This document shows positions 34,464 to 45,599 of a stretch of 64,000 nucleotides of DNA, one piece after another. Numbering within the stretch: the first letter of the stretch is position 1; each line of letters starts with the position of its first letter. Below the pieces are notes generated by a model. That model saw only the letters and a program-made list of their open reading frames with translations, had not been told where the DNA came from and ran no database searches. The stretch is from contig SMSO01000004.1 in NCBI GenBank assembly GCA_004764695.1, forward strand, positions 372,001-436,000. The letters run 5' to 3'. The stretch comes from Schizochytrium sp. TIO01 (lineage: Eukaryota > Protista > Bigyra: Labyrinthulomycetes). The position numbers were made by a program, and so were the translations under genes.

Positions 34464-37400
34464 ATGGAGGTAGCAAAGGCATCGCTCGTGGAGGGCACAC
34501 AGCTATGGTTTGCCGGCGACAGAGACACGTGGGACCTTTATGATCTTGTTGAAAGAAATGGGCGTATTGCTGAGGTGCAACCAGTTTTGGGAGGCGCCTC
34601 AAGCACTTTGGAGCTAAGCAAGGAAACTCGAAGGATGATGTACCTCGCAAACCCGGAGGTTGAAGCAGACATGACTCGACTCAGATATTTTCACGTGCCT
34701 GGAATACTGTACAACTTGAAGGAGAGATCCATGGCAAACGAACCTTACACATTCATAAGCCAGAGTGTGCTGGTAGCGGTGAACCCATTACAACCTATTG
34801 AGGACCCTGTAGATGTCTTAGGAGAGCCGGAAGCTGTCAATGTAGCACACCCATATGCGATCGCGGAGTCAGCTTATCAACAGCTCAAATTTGCCCTGCG
34901 CCGCGGCGACGAGGATTCTGACACCGCTGTAGACCAATCAATCATCATTGGAGGTGAGAGCGGTGCAGGTAAAACAACGTGCGCTAAAATGGTGCTTCGC
35001 CACCTCGTGCAGCGCGACAACAATGTCAACGATTCTCACACAGGCCTCGATGAAAAGCTCATGGAAAGTAACCCTATTCTTGAAGCCTTCGGAAACTCAG
35101 TGACCAGTCGCAACCATAACTCCTCTCGATTTGGTAAATTTCTCAAGCTACACTTTGCAGGCGGCAAGTCATCAAGGAAAAAAGTTTCGCTGGAGCTCGT
35201 CATTACTGGGGCTTCAGTGCAAACCTACCTTCTCGAGCGCTCTCGGGTAACATTTCATGTTAGAGGAGAGCGCAACTACCATGTGTTTTATCAGCTTATC
35301 CACGGTGCTGATAGCGGCCTTCGTGAGTACCTTTCCCTTGAAGATGTGGACTTTGAGTATCTTACACCCCAAGAACAGTCTTCGGATACCAAGGTTAGCA
35401 AGAAAGAAAGAAAGGCTGCCAAAGTCGATAAAATAAGCAAGAAAAATATGCCTTCGGAGGAGGAAGATGCAATCAATTTTCAGGAGCTTCTTAAATCCCT
35501 TGCGGTAATTGGTCTCGGCCATCAACCTGAGAGCAACGAGCTTGATCTAGAGGACGACATCACAGCTTCAGATGATGGAAAAGATATCTTTGGAATTCTC
35601 GCATCCATCCTCCATCTCGGTAACTTAGATTTTGAGGATCAAGATAGGCCTGGAGGAACCGCCGCTGTACCTGTAGATGATGGACCTTTGCACACAGCAG
35701 CACGCCTCCTTCAGATTGACGCAGACGATTTACTGAGGAGTTTTACTGAAGTCACAGTCAACACAGTAGGCGAATCAATCACGAAGCAGCGCAATGCATC
35801 GGCAGCAAGATTTGCTGTTGATGCAGTTGCCAAAACCCTCTATGTGGGTCTCTTTCAATACTTGGTGCAGCGTATCAATTCCTCACTGAACAACTCCGAC
35901 AATATTCAAGACCTTCCTTTTATTGGAGTGCTTGATATCTTTGGCTTTGAGAGCTTCGAGGTGAACGATTTTGAGCAGTTGTTAATCAATTATACAAATG
36001 AGGCGCTCCAGAGTTGTTTCAATGAACAAATTTTTGACGCTGAGGCCGCGATCTTTGAGAGTGAAGGTCTTATTGCAAGCGAAGCTGAGCGACAACCTCC
36101 AGAACCGAACATCGAGTGCGTCGAGCTTCTTGAAGGTGGAAAGAACAAAGCTGGTATTCTCTCTATGATTGACTCCGAGGCCAAGGCCCCGGGTGCCGAC
36201 GATGAGCGTTTGAATGCTTCCTTCCATCGAGAATTCCGCAACCACCCGAATTTTGGTAAGATACATCCACGTGATGCGAAAAGATGCTTCATGGTGAAGC
36301 ACTATGCCGGCGATGTTAAGTATACTGTGGGATCGTTCTTGCAAAAAAACTCCGATGCCTTACCTCCTGAAGTGGCAACAGTTTTTGCTGCAAGCTCGAG
36401 TGAGCTTATCCGTGCTGCCTTTGCAGCAGCTCAGGATAAAATCTCCAAAAAGGCCGCAGCAAGCGGAAAGAAGAAGAAGAAGCCTTCAAATTCGGTCACG
36501 AGCAAATTCTACAAGCAAATGCGATCTCTGATGGGCGAGCTTAATACTACTCGTTGCTCCTTTATTCGTTGCATCAAACCAAACCCTCGCATGAAACGTG
36601 GTTCAGGTGATGAGTGGCTTGACAATGCGTACATCACACCTCAGCTACACAACTTGAGCATTCCACAGACAGCCGAGGTACTCAAGGGTGGCTTGCCAGC
36701 ACGTGTAAATTTTGGCGTGTACCAGGACAAATATTCGAAACTTCTACCCCGTGATGTGCTGCGGATGTGGAAAGATTTAACCATGTCAGATCCTCGGGTT
36801 TTTGTAGAGGCCATCTTTTATGCATATTCCATTGACAAAGACTCCTACAAAATAGGTAAAACCATGGTTTTCTTTAAGTCTGGTATGCTGGATAAGGTCG
36901 AGGCTCTCTTGCAAGACGCTGTTCAGGGTGATCTGGATGAGGAGACTATCGATCGCTTCCGTGAAAGCTTTCAGCGCTGTCGCTGGCGGCGTATTCTGGT
37001 AAAGCTTCGCTTAGTTGGCACACTGGCTTTGCTTCTTACTGATGTGCGAGAAGCGAAGGAGCGGGAGCGAGAACTGGAGCGAGCAGAGAAGAAACGCCGT
37101 GAGATGGAAGCTCTTCGCAAAGCTCGCCTTGAGCGCGAACGTCGGATCACAGATCTTATCAAGACTGCAGCATCTGAAGTATCCGAAAGCAGAAATGTTC
37201 TAGCCGAACTGGAAAAGGAATATGAAAACGCAGAATCACCTGAAGAAAAGGACGATTTAGATAGGGAGATGGACAAAATCCGTCGCCGAATGGAAAAGGC
37301 CAAAGAAAAGGCCAAACGAATGTCTATCTCTCTCAATACGTCTCGCAAGGCAGATATGAACACTCGCAAGAGCGTTCGTATGTCCCTGGCACGAATGAGT

Positions 37401-38804
37401 GAACGCATATCTAGAAGACACAGCCTTGTAAGTGTACGCAATTCATTTCGTAAATCCACAGCTCGTGATTACGCTCCACCTCCTGAGGACGAAAGTGACG
37501 AACCAATGTACATTGCTGAAGGCTTAGAAATACTTCATCCTCAACACAAGAAATCAGGCATTTCCAAACTGTTTTGTCTAGTAAGCGGCAATAAGGAAAG
37601 TTCAGCGCAGCAGCAGCAACAACAACCATGGGAAGATTGCCGTTTGGCTTTCGTTGGTAGTCAAATTCGAATCTTTGCCTTTGATTCTCGCAGTGCTTCA
37701 GGCAGTTGGCGAGGGGAAGGTTCTCCTGTTCGACGTCATCAAGTTGACGCGAATTTGAAAATGGTTGCCGACGAGATGGCCGAGGACGCAAACGTTCTAA
37801 TTATCCAAAGACGAGATCCCCGGCATGATCTTAGTAGCAAAAGAGCTTTCGTTGAGATCTTTCGTCTTCGATTCCTTGACGATGAAGCAATGCATGAGTT
37901 TGAAGTCCGCTTCGAAGTCGCTAAGGAGTTTTTCTCACAAGAGACTCGCGAGGCACAGAACCTACTTCGTGGTGTATTCACAAAGAAGGATGGTACTCAA
38001 GACGTTGAAAAGAGTGAAACTGCACGTGAACTTGCAAGTCTCCTCTCTAGTGGCGCAATTACTCAAGAAGAATATGAGATGGGACTGTTTCTTCAAATGT
38101 CTTCTCAGGATGAACACTTGCATCGTTATGTTACGGTGTTTGGCAAGGATGCATACCAAGACTACAAGATCCAGTGCCCCAAATGCCATGAGATTCTCTT
38201 CAATCTTCCTTCTGAGCCTCTTGACGTTTGTCCGGAATGCGGTTACGAAGACCTGGAGAGTCCTGATGATCTTGAGATGGATGCTATTACGGCACGAAAT
38301 GAAGAAGAAAAGAAACGCAACCAAAGATTCAACGAAGATTTATCTGGTCAAGACGAGTTCCCCTTCTATGTGGCAACATCTGACAAGCAGCAATTTATCT
38401 TCGAAGCTCCGACGCATTCGCTTAAGACTGATCGTTTTACCTTTAATACGTTTGATGTCTTTAATGTACAATGGGTACGTCGGTTTGATGGCGAGAGTGA
38501 TTGGGAGCGTTATGTCATGTCCCATACATGGGCAGAGTACCGTGACTTCTTTTGCACTGAGGTCCTTGACATGGATGGCATCACAGCTGAAATTGAGCGT
38601 GATCTTCCACGCTTTGATATGGAGCCAAACTATGATGATGAGGCTGAAATGCGCGAGGATCTTGAGATGTTTCTCATCCAGTTTCTCCGCCAAGTCTACA
38701 TTCATGACTTGCTGCGCATCCCACAAATTCCCAAGTTCTTTGGCTATACCAAGGGAGATGCGCTGGTATCAGCCGGCTTTTCCGACGACGAAGATGACTA
38801 TTAA
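34464..38804 (+). CDS. Unconventional myosin heavy chain, 1446 aa (motor + charged helix + PH-like + SHOCT-like + Zn ribbon + PX-like tail)
   Basis: P-loop GESGAGKT, NPILEAFGN, NSSRFGK, LLERSRV, ERNYHVFY, switch II LDIFGFE, HYAGDVKY, FIRCIKPN and GKTMVFF. Tail domain calls are less certain than the motor call. Confidence 0.96.
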   Translation: MEVAKASLVEGTQLWFAGDRDTWDLYDLVERNGRIAEVQPVLGGASSTLELSKETRRMMYLANPEVEADMTRLRYFHVPGILYNLKERSMANEPYTFISQSVLVAVNPLQPIEDPVDVLGEPEAVNVAHPYAIAESAYQQLKFALRRGDEDSDTAVDQSIIIGGESGAGKTTCAKMVLRHLVQRDNNVNDSHTGLDEKLMESNPILEAFGNSVTSRNHNSSRFGKFLKLHFAGGKSSRKKVSLELVITGASVQTYLLERSRVTFHVRGERNYHVFYQLIHGADSGLREYLSLEDVDFEYLTPQEQSSDTKVSKKERKAAKVDKISKKNMPSEEEDAINFQELLKSLAVIGLGHQPESNELDLEDDITASDDGKDIFGILASILHLGNLDFEDQDRPGGTAAVPVDDGPLHTAARLLQIDADDLLRSFTEVTVNTVGESITKQRNASAARFAVDAVAKTLYVGLFQYLVQRINSSLNNSDNIQDLPFIGVLDIFGFESFEVNDFEQLLINYTNEALQSCFNEQIFDAEAAIFESEGLIASEAERQPPEPNIECVELLEGGKNKAGILSMIDSEAKAPGADDERLNASFHREFRNHPNFGKIHPRDAKRCFMVKHYAGDVKYTVGSFLQKNSDALPPEVATVFAASSSELIRAAFAAAQDKISKKAAASGKKKKKPSNSVTSKFYKQMRSLMGELNTTRCSFIRCIKPNPRMKRGSGDEWLDNAYITPQLHNLSIPQTAEVLKGGLPARVNFGVYQDKYSKLLPRDVLRMWKDLTMSDPRVFVEAIFYAYSIDKDSYKIGKTMVFFKSGMLDKVEALLQDAVQGDLDEETIDRFRESFQRCRWRRILVKLRLVGTLALLLTDVREAKERERELERAEKKRREMEALRKARLERERRITDLIKTAASEVSESRNVLAELEKEYENAESPEEKDDLDREMDKIRRRMEKAKEKAKRMSISLNTSRKADMNTRKSVRMSLARMSERISRRHSLVSVRNSFRKSTARDYAPPPEDESDEPMYIAEGLEILHPQHKKSGISKLFCLVSGNKESSAQQQQQQPWEDCRLAFVGSQIRIFAFDSRSASGSWRGEGSPVRRHQVDANLKMVADEMAEDANVLIIQRRDPRHDLSSKRAFVEIFRLRFLDDEAMHEFEVRFEVAKEFFSQETREAQNLLRGVFTKKDGTQDVEKSETARELASLLSSGAITQEEYEMGLFLQMSSQDEHLHRYVTVFGKDAYQDYKIQCPKCHEILFNLPSEPLDVCPECGYEDLESPDDLEMDAITARNEEEKKRNQRFNEDLSGQDEFPFYVATSDKQQFIFEAPTHSLKTDRFTFNTFDVFNVQWVRRFDGESDWERYVMSHTWAEYRDFFCTEVLDMDGITAEIERDLPRFDMEPNYDDEAEMREDLEMFLIQFLRQVYIHDLLRIPQIPKFFGYTKGDALVSAGFSDDEDDY

Positions 38805-41800
38805 GTATGATCACAAACCTGTAAAGGACAACTTATCCGTAGGAATAATGCAGCGCAAACGTGTAACATGCTGCACCATCCTTCGACTCTATCTAATACA
38901 AGGCCTAGTAGATAGTACTTCTGACGTCACTATCCTTCTACAACATCAGGTACTCCCCTACTTTTACAACGACTACCATTTGGCCATGATTTCTCTATAT
39001 AACAATTATCAAATTTACCATTTTCGATTCACAAAAAGACTAATACCATTATCTTCAAGCTTCAAGTTAGTTGTGCAAATTGACCGAGTAATTGTAATCA
39101 ATTCGAACCAACGAGATTCGTGCTAACCCGGCTATCCCATTCTTCTTCATCGTTATGCACTATTGCTTTTCTCAGGTTACCTACCTCCTGATTGGTTCTA
39201 CTCTATAGAACATTCATTCCACATTGGTAGCACCTATTATGCCTAGTAGATAATATGCTTCCAGGTCCCACCTACCTAGGTACCTGTATAGTACTTCCTA
39301 TGTACGACTTCTAGCCCTGCCATGATGCTTGCCATCCTCCTTGTAACTTGAGGTTGCAGAGTTTCTGTGTTTGACACCAACCTATGCACAAAGCAGGGGC
39401 TGATAGTTAGTCTCTTTGGTCTTAAAGCTTGGCAGGTTATGAACTCAGCAAGTGGCTGGCTCCAGCACCTGGCACTTGAACCGGAGATTCAAGCTTCGCT
39501 GTTTGGGAATGGACTTAAAGGAGAGCGGCTCGTGCTGTTTTCATAGTAACAGAGGGAGCCTTCGGCTTAGACGTCTGCGGGGATGGCCTACACCACAGAA
39601 ACAATTGCCAAATTAAAAAGTGCGGATTTTTACGAACGAGGGATTGACTCCTAGCTTTTGATAAATAAGCTTGGGTTCGCAAACACTAAATGTGCTTCTC
39701 GGACCATCACATGCGCGAGTGCGGAATGATTTTTAACCATAAAAATCGTCTCGGACTTTTATTAAAAATTGCATGCAGGCCTAGAGAAGGATTAGATCAC
39801 TGTTAATGCACACGAAGCTTGCGACAGATGGGGACGAGATTGTGGTTATGAGACTGTCCAGGAAGATTGTTGCCCTCGTGGCAACTTATCATTTTTGCCA
39901 AATCGGGTTCTTGGAATTCGCACTTTCAGAATTTCGAGCTGTCTATATCCGAACCCCATTCGGATTGGGTGTGTGGCCTGAAGACACGAGGTTTATGGTT
40001 TCTTCAAGTCGCTCAGTAGTAGGCATTACAACTGTTTTCTCTACGGAGTGAAGCTGTAAGCCAATGTTAAGCGTTCATACTGCCTGATAACCAGTTATTC
40101 CGTGGAAGGGAAGTTTCCCCTTCAAGAGTACACAAGTCCTTTGAGCTTGCACAAACAACCCCGAAGACTTGAGGAGTACTTACTACAGCATTTTCTCTTT
40201 GAGGATTTCCTCCTGCTGAATGCAGCATTCAACCTTTGCGTAGTAGAGTGAATTCGAGCAAATTAAAATTGCATAACATTGGAAGACTGAAGCTGTCTTT
40301 ATTTTTAGAAAAAGAAAAACATCGTTGGTATCTGCCACATGCCTCAGCATTCACCTTCTCATCGCCTTAAATCAATTTTGATCTACTCCCTTCTATTTAC
40401 ATACATTCAAGCAAGCTCCTGTCTTATCTCTAACCGCCAATCAGACCTTCTCAGTTGCGTCAGACCCTGAGTGTCCGAATCGCATTCAGTGAAACTAGCG
40501 ACCCCTGCTGCTGCTTCTGCTGATTGTGCTGATGCCCTCATTCGAGCTCCAGCTCCGATCCAAATTGACCCTGAGCTAGCTAGCTCCGATCCATTCTCAA
40601 CAAATCTGCTTCTGCATTGCAACTAAAATTCGAGCGCACGCCTCTTTTTGCTTTCGTAAGTTACCTCCATCTCCTTCCGCTTGGGTTCTCTCTTTAAATT
40701 AGTATCATTGCTTCCCGTGCAAATGTTTTATCCCATTGTTCCCGCCCACAAAAAACAAAAACCAAGATACGGGGAATACATTGTGTCCTTTATCTACGCA
40801 CGGGTCCTGCTAATAGTTATGACGGTGCTGGAAAATAGTAAAAAAGAAGAAGGTCTAGGTTTATGTAAAATGTACTATTATAGACTGCTGGTATCTAGGT
40901 ACTTCTGACACCCTCTGCTTGTTTCTTACGAGCTCGACTTGGAGGTCTTTGCTTCATGTTGTTTATTACTTTCATAAAAATCATATCGCTCAAGTTTGCC
41001 TTCCAAAACCATGATAGAAAGCATGGCAGGTACCTTAGGTAGGCATTGAACTGGAGTTTGTCTGTCTTTCTTTATGTCTGTCTGCTCCACACTAAAGGTG
41101 TGCGATCAGGTTGAGACTCTACTACGTAAATAGTAGGTATGGAGTCTTACGCGCGTGCAGAGAGAGAGAGTATGAAGCAGAATGAATGATCAATTGATTG
41201 AATCAGCGATGACCCTGATCGATTGCCGAGGTAGTTTGAAATTGGGCAGCTACTGGGAGAGGGCGTGCTCGATGCTGAATATAAACCAGACCTGCTGTGC
41301 GGAGTATTGCAATAAAAAACGAGTGCAGATCGTGGTTTCTGTGCAAATCGTTTTCCCAACTAGAAGGTGAGCAAACCCGGTTCATAGTGTTAGGCAGTGT
41401 CATTCAACACCACTGTTACTAATCTTATCTATCGAGTACCACAAAAAGGTGCTGCCGTCGCCTGGTTTTTCCTGTTGGCTCTTCAGGCTTGCTCACTTCT
41501 TAAGCGATGCTACGAATACTTGCAATTTTTGTAGTGTTGTGATATCAATTGAAAGAGTAGCAGTCTTCGATATCGTCTTACTGATTTACAAACAACAAAA
41601 CAATACAAAGTCATTTATCATATCGCTCTCAATGTTCAATCATTTGAAGGTACCTAGGTAGGTAATGTCATCATTGCACTCTCGTCGTAATTATGAAATC
41701 GCATGCTGTACTAATTCTCCCTCAATCTTGAACGATTGAAACTGAGAGCTTAGTTACGACATGAGCACTTTGGTTTTGCTCACTTATTCCTTGTCAAATA

Positions 41801-43241
41801 GTTCGATAAGAACCAGAGCAAAAGGTCTTCGAAGCAATGAATTGCAACCAAAACTCGTTGAACCTCACAACCTTGGTTGCAAGTAGTACTTATAGTAATG
41901 AAGAATGCAAAGCTTATTTAATTAATTTTACTTCATTAAAAATATAATAGAAAAAGTTTGAATTTATTTTTTAAAAAAGGAAAAGAAGAAAAAAAGTGTT
42001 ACTTCATCATTAATGATCACTTACCATTATCCATTAGCTAATGCAACCAGGAGTAATTACAAGACTCGTGTACAGCTCCCTCGCAGACCTAGCTGGCTTA
42101 CTATTAATGTATAGTAAGTACTCTAGTAGCAAGGTTCCTGCGGAGACACTTTTTTTCGAAGAGCAAACCACTAAACAGCAAATTGAAGATCAACTATTTA
42201 TTATTTTATTTATTAATTTACTTCTTCTGCCAAGGTTTGAGTTGCTACCGGTATCAAACTTGCTACGTTGGTGCATGGGGAGGCTGAAGGGTGAGAAACT
42301 GACAGCCTTGAAGTGAAAGCTGCAAGTGTCTTCAACTTCCACTGCACAATCTGCTCGAGCACGTGCTCCTAAAGCTATGCATACCAAATATACAGTTTTA
42401 CTGCATGTTGTCAAAAAAGGGAAACAATCTAACAAATATAAGGGAAACAAGCTTAGGCGCACTTAGAAGCACTATCGTACTCGCGTTTATGCGCCCGTGC
42501 AGGTCTTCAAGTTCTTGCAAAGCGCGACCACTGAGAGAACTAGTCTGCGAACATGCCTACTTCAAAGAGCACCATGCTTGCAGGGATTGCTTCTCCAACC
42601 TCTTCTTCGACTGTCGCACTTTCTTCTTTCTATCGTCCCTACTATCACAAAAGGGGTTTTTGCTCATCTACCTATCATTATAATGATCAATGTTTATTTT
42701 AATTAATGAAACTTTAAAGTTAAAAAAAATTAAAATTAAAATCAGCATGAAATAAGCAAGAGTAATTAACACTTCACGTGGAAGACGTCGAACATTATTG
42801 CCTTGGAAGAAATAAAACCCCTTTCTCAGTGATCCACTCTTACGCTCGCTCGCTCGCTCTCTCTCTCACACACACATAGCCTTTGTTAAAAAGTTGTCAA
42901 CTACGGCGGCTAAAGAAGCCCTAGTAGGTGCTATTCTATCCTCAACTAGTGTTGACACTAGTAGCTTTATTATTCTAGTAGCACTCAATCACCTTCCGTC
43001 GACGATCGCATGCAAGCCCTTTGCTGCAGTTCTCCAACGCCGAAGATTGTTGCGGAGCCCGCGTTGCTTGCTGGCAGCGGACTCCTAGCACCCTCTCCTC
43101 GGTGCTGCGACACGTACACAGATCTCTTTTGATTGCCGCAGCTCTACTCTTTCACGAAACTCGCCATTCCCAGGACCGGAACAGCGCGTGCAGCAGGGCT
43201 TCTGCTTTACTACGTTTTAACCATTTTTATTTGAATTAATT

Positions 43242-44741
43242 ATGGCGTTTTACGGCGAGGATACCTTTTGTGAAGGTCGAGGAGTTTACGATGCTCCTCC
43301 TTCTGTGACCTATATGCCGACATTTACGACTTCTGTGGATCCTTCAGCCACCATGACGGCTCCTGAGGCTCCGGATGTTCTGGACCCGATGCTCGACATG
43401 TTCGCTGTTGACGCTCTTGGACCTCGAGGCGATGCTTCCAGCCTTCTGGGAGATGACTACGGAGCACAGCCCTATAGCCTTGCTCCAGGAAGTGACATGA
43501 TGGACGTCCAGGGCTCAGGTTTGCCGCCATTGCCAAGCTTTTACTCTCGTCAGGACACTTATTATGCCGGTACGATGCCTGCTCGAGGCATGATACACGG
43601 TGCACCACACCCTTCTCACCACATGCACCAACAACAACAGCATCGTCAGCAACATCAACAGCATCACATGCACCAGCAGCAATTTCACTTGCAACACCAA
43701 CACCAACAGCAGGACTACGGATATGGAGCCCCAACTGTTGAAGAGATGCAGGGATATGAGGCCATGGAAATGGCTAAACCCCCTGTTGACAAGAGCTTTT
43801 ACATGGATACACAAATGTCCTACCGAACTGTAAACCCATCATTCTCGGGCCCTTCGGCGCAACTGCAACAGAGTCAAACCTCAGCAATCTCCGTGCCACC
43901 TCATGTACCGCCCAGTGCTCGTTCTGCAGTGCCACCGGTGCCAACTTCTGCTAGGGCACCTGCACAATCCGCTTCACAGGACATACAACCACTTCCACTT
44001 TCATCCCCTGCAGCGACCGCCTCAAATATCAAAACCACAACTGCAACTTCAACGCCAACAACGGATGCACCATCCAATGCGTCCGCCGCCGCCGATTCAG
44101 CCACAGGGGCTGCGGCCCCGAAAAAGCCTCGTGCACGCCGCGTCAAGTTAACGCCTGAAGAACGCGAAGCACGCCGGAAACAACGCCTTGCGATGCGTAA
44201 ACAAAGGAAATCTGTGCGTGAAAAGGCACGTCGCAGCAAGGAGAATGACTACTATGAGGAACTCGCAGACCTGTGCGGGTTACCCAAAGAAAATCGCGAT
44301 AAGGCGACTATCTTGGAAGCTGTCATCAAAGCCATTGATGAGGGAGAAGACATTGCGCTCAATGCCGGGGCACACGCATCCTCGTCCTCGGATGAAGATA
44401 ACCAGTGTGCCGACGGAAGCGGGGCGATCCCAAAGCTTGAGCCACACACTTCCCCAAAGTCCATTGACGATACCCCAAAACAGCAGGAGCGTCACCAGAG
44501 GTTCAACCAAGACAACAATGCCGCACCCACGGACAGTCCTGCAGACATGGACTGGGATGATTTCATTGATGATCAGCCTGTCCCCCACATGAAATATGAA
44601 ATCAATGACTCGGACCTTGAGGATTCAAGACCCCATCGCCGCCGTCGCCATAGCAAAACATCCATTAACCAGCCCATGCGCGTGACCGCACCACCAATGC
44701 CGATTGATGCGGCAGACCTCCCGCCTCCCATCTCCTTTTAA
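43242..44741 (+). CDS. bHLH transcription factor with Q/H-rich and P/A/S-rich disordered regions, 499 aa
   Basis: KSVREKARRSKENDYYEELADLCGLPKENRDKATILEAVIKAI fits a basic region + helix 1 + loop + DKATIL helix 2. Basic NLS-like stretch upstream. Confidence 0.8.
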   Translation: MAFYGEDTFCEGRGVYDAPPSVTYMPTFTTSVDPSATMTAPEAPDVLDPMLDMFAVDALGPRGDASSLLGDDYGAQPYSLAPGSDMMDVQGSGLPPLPSFYSRQDTYYAGTMPARGMIHGAPHPSHHMHQQQQHRQQHQQHHMHQQQFHLQHQHQQQDYGYGAPTVEEMQGYEAMEMAKPPVDKSFYMDTQMSYRTVNPSFSGPSAQLQQSQTSAISVPPHVPPSARSAVPPVPTSARAPAQSASQDIQPLPLSSPAATASNIKTTTATSTPTTDAPSNASAAADSATGAAAPKKPRARRVKLTPEEREARRKQRLAMRKQRKSVREKARRSKENDYYEELADLCGLPKENRDKATILEAVIKAIDEGEDIALNAGAHASSSSDEDNQCADGSGAIPKLEPHTSPKSIDDTPKQQERHQRFNQDNNAAPTDSPADMDWDDFIDDQPVPHMKYEINDSDLEDSRPHRRRRHSKTSINQPMRVTAPPMPIDAADLPPPISF

Positions 44742-45599
44742 TTTTCCTTATGAAGTTCCGCTGACGATTGTGAAATAGTATATTTCAAATCGAAATAGGC
44801 GCTTTTGTTCGTGCAGAGTTTGCTGTGCAAACTTCTCCAACGCATCCATTGAAGAGACGAAACTCTGAGTGAATCGTGATGATGAGTAGACAAGATTTAT
44901 TCACGGCTCAAAACTAGAAAAACCTACGACCTCCGTAGTTGCTACCATATGTACACACAGCAACACCGAATCACTTGGAATCGTCTTCCTCTTTTAAGCA
45001 AACAAGGCATGTCATGCGTTCGCGAAGTGGACCTTACTCGCTTGAATTTCAATGGATTTATTGATCCCCCCGTACCTGAACTTATGTCTTATGATTCCCG
45101 CAGCAACTTGTGTTCGTTCATGAAGCAGCATGTTATATTGCTTCATTACACAAATCTGTCAAAGCAACGTAAAAATTTGCTTTCGTTCTTCGCGAAACTT
45201 TTTTTTGTTGTATGTTTTGTTGCTGCAGGGAGAAAAAATAATGAATATTTGAAGTGTTATCAATGTCTCATCAATTCGAATACATATTTTTGTTATCATA
45301 TATATAACTTGAGTTGCAAAAAACAATAGGACTTAAAGTATGCCACTAGGTCAGGGCATCTTCTCATTAGTAGGCAGAGCTTCTTCAATGGCCTTTCCAT
45401 TTACTTCATGAGCAGCTGGAAAGAAGACACGAGGATGACTGGAGAATTATTATAAAATTGTTGGTGTTCATGTAATTGTAAGTATATTGCAGGGTTAATG
45501 TTGCATAAGTGTACTTCAGGTGTACACGGGTTTCTCTTTTTTTTTTTGTGAGTGGACCTTCACTCTTTAAATATATTATGATCTTGTACATCAAGACGT

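Noticed and set aside
37825-39126. 433-aa plus-strand ORF overlapping the myosin 3' end
   Set aside because: Alternative frame of the myosin CDS. It has an M/L/S-rich off-frame composition and no motifs.
9115-39410. Shared 13-mer TAACTATCAGCCC (~9115 plus strand and ~39400 minus strand)
   Set aside because: Many 13-bp matches are expected by chance in 64 kb, and the flanks do not align.
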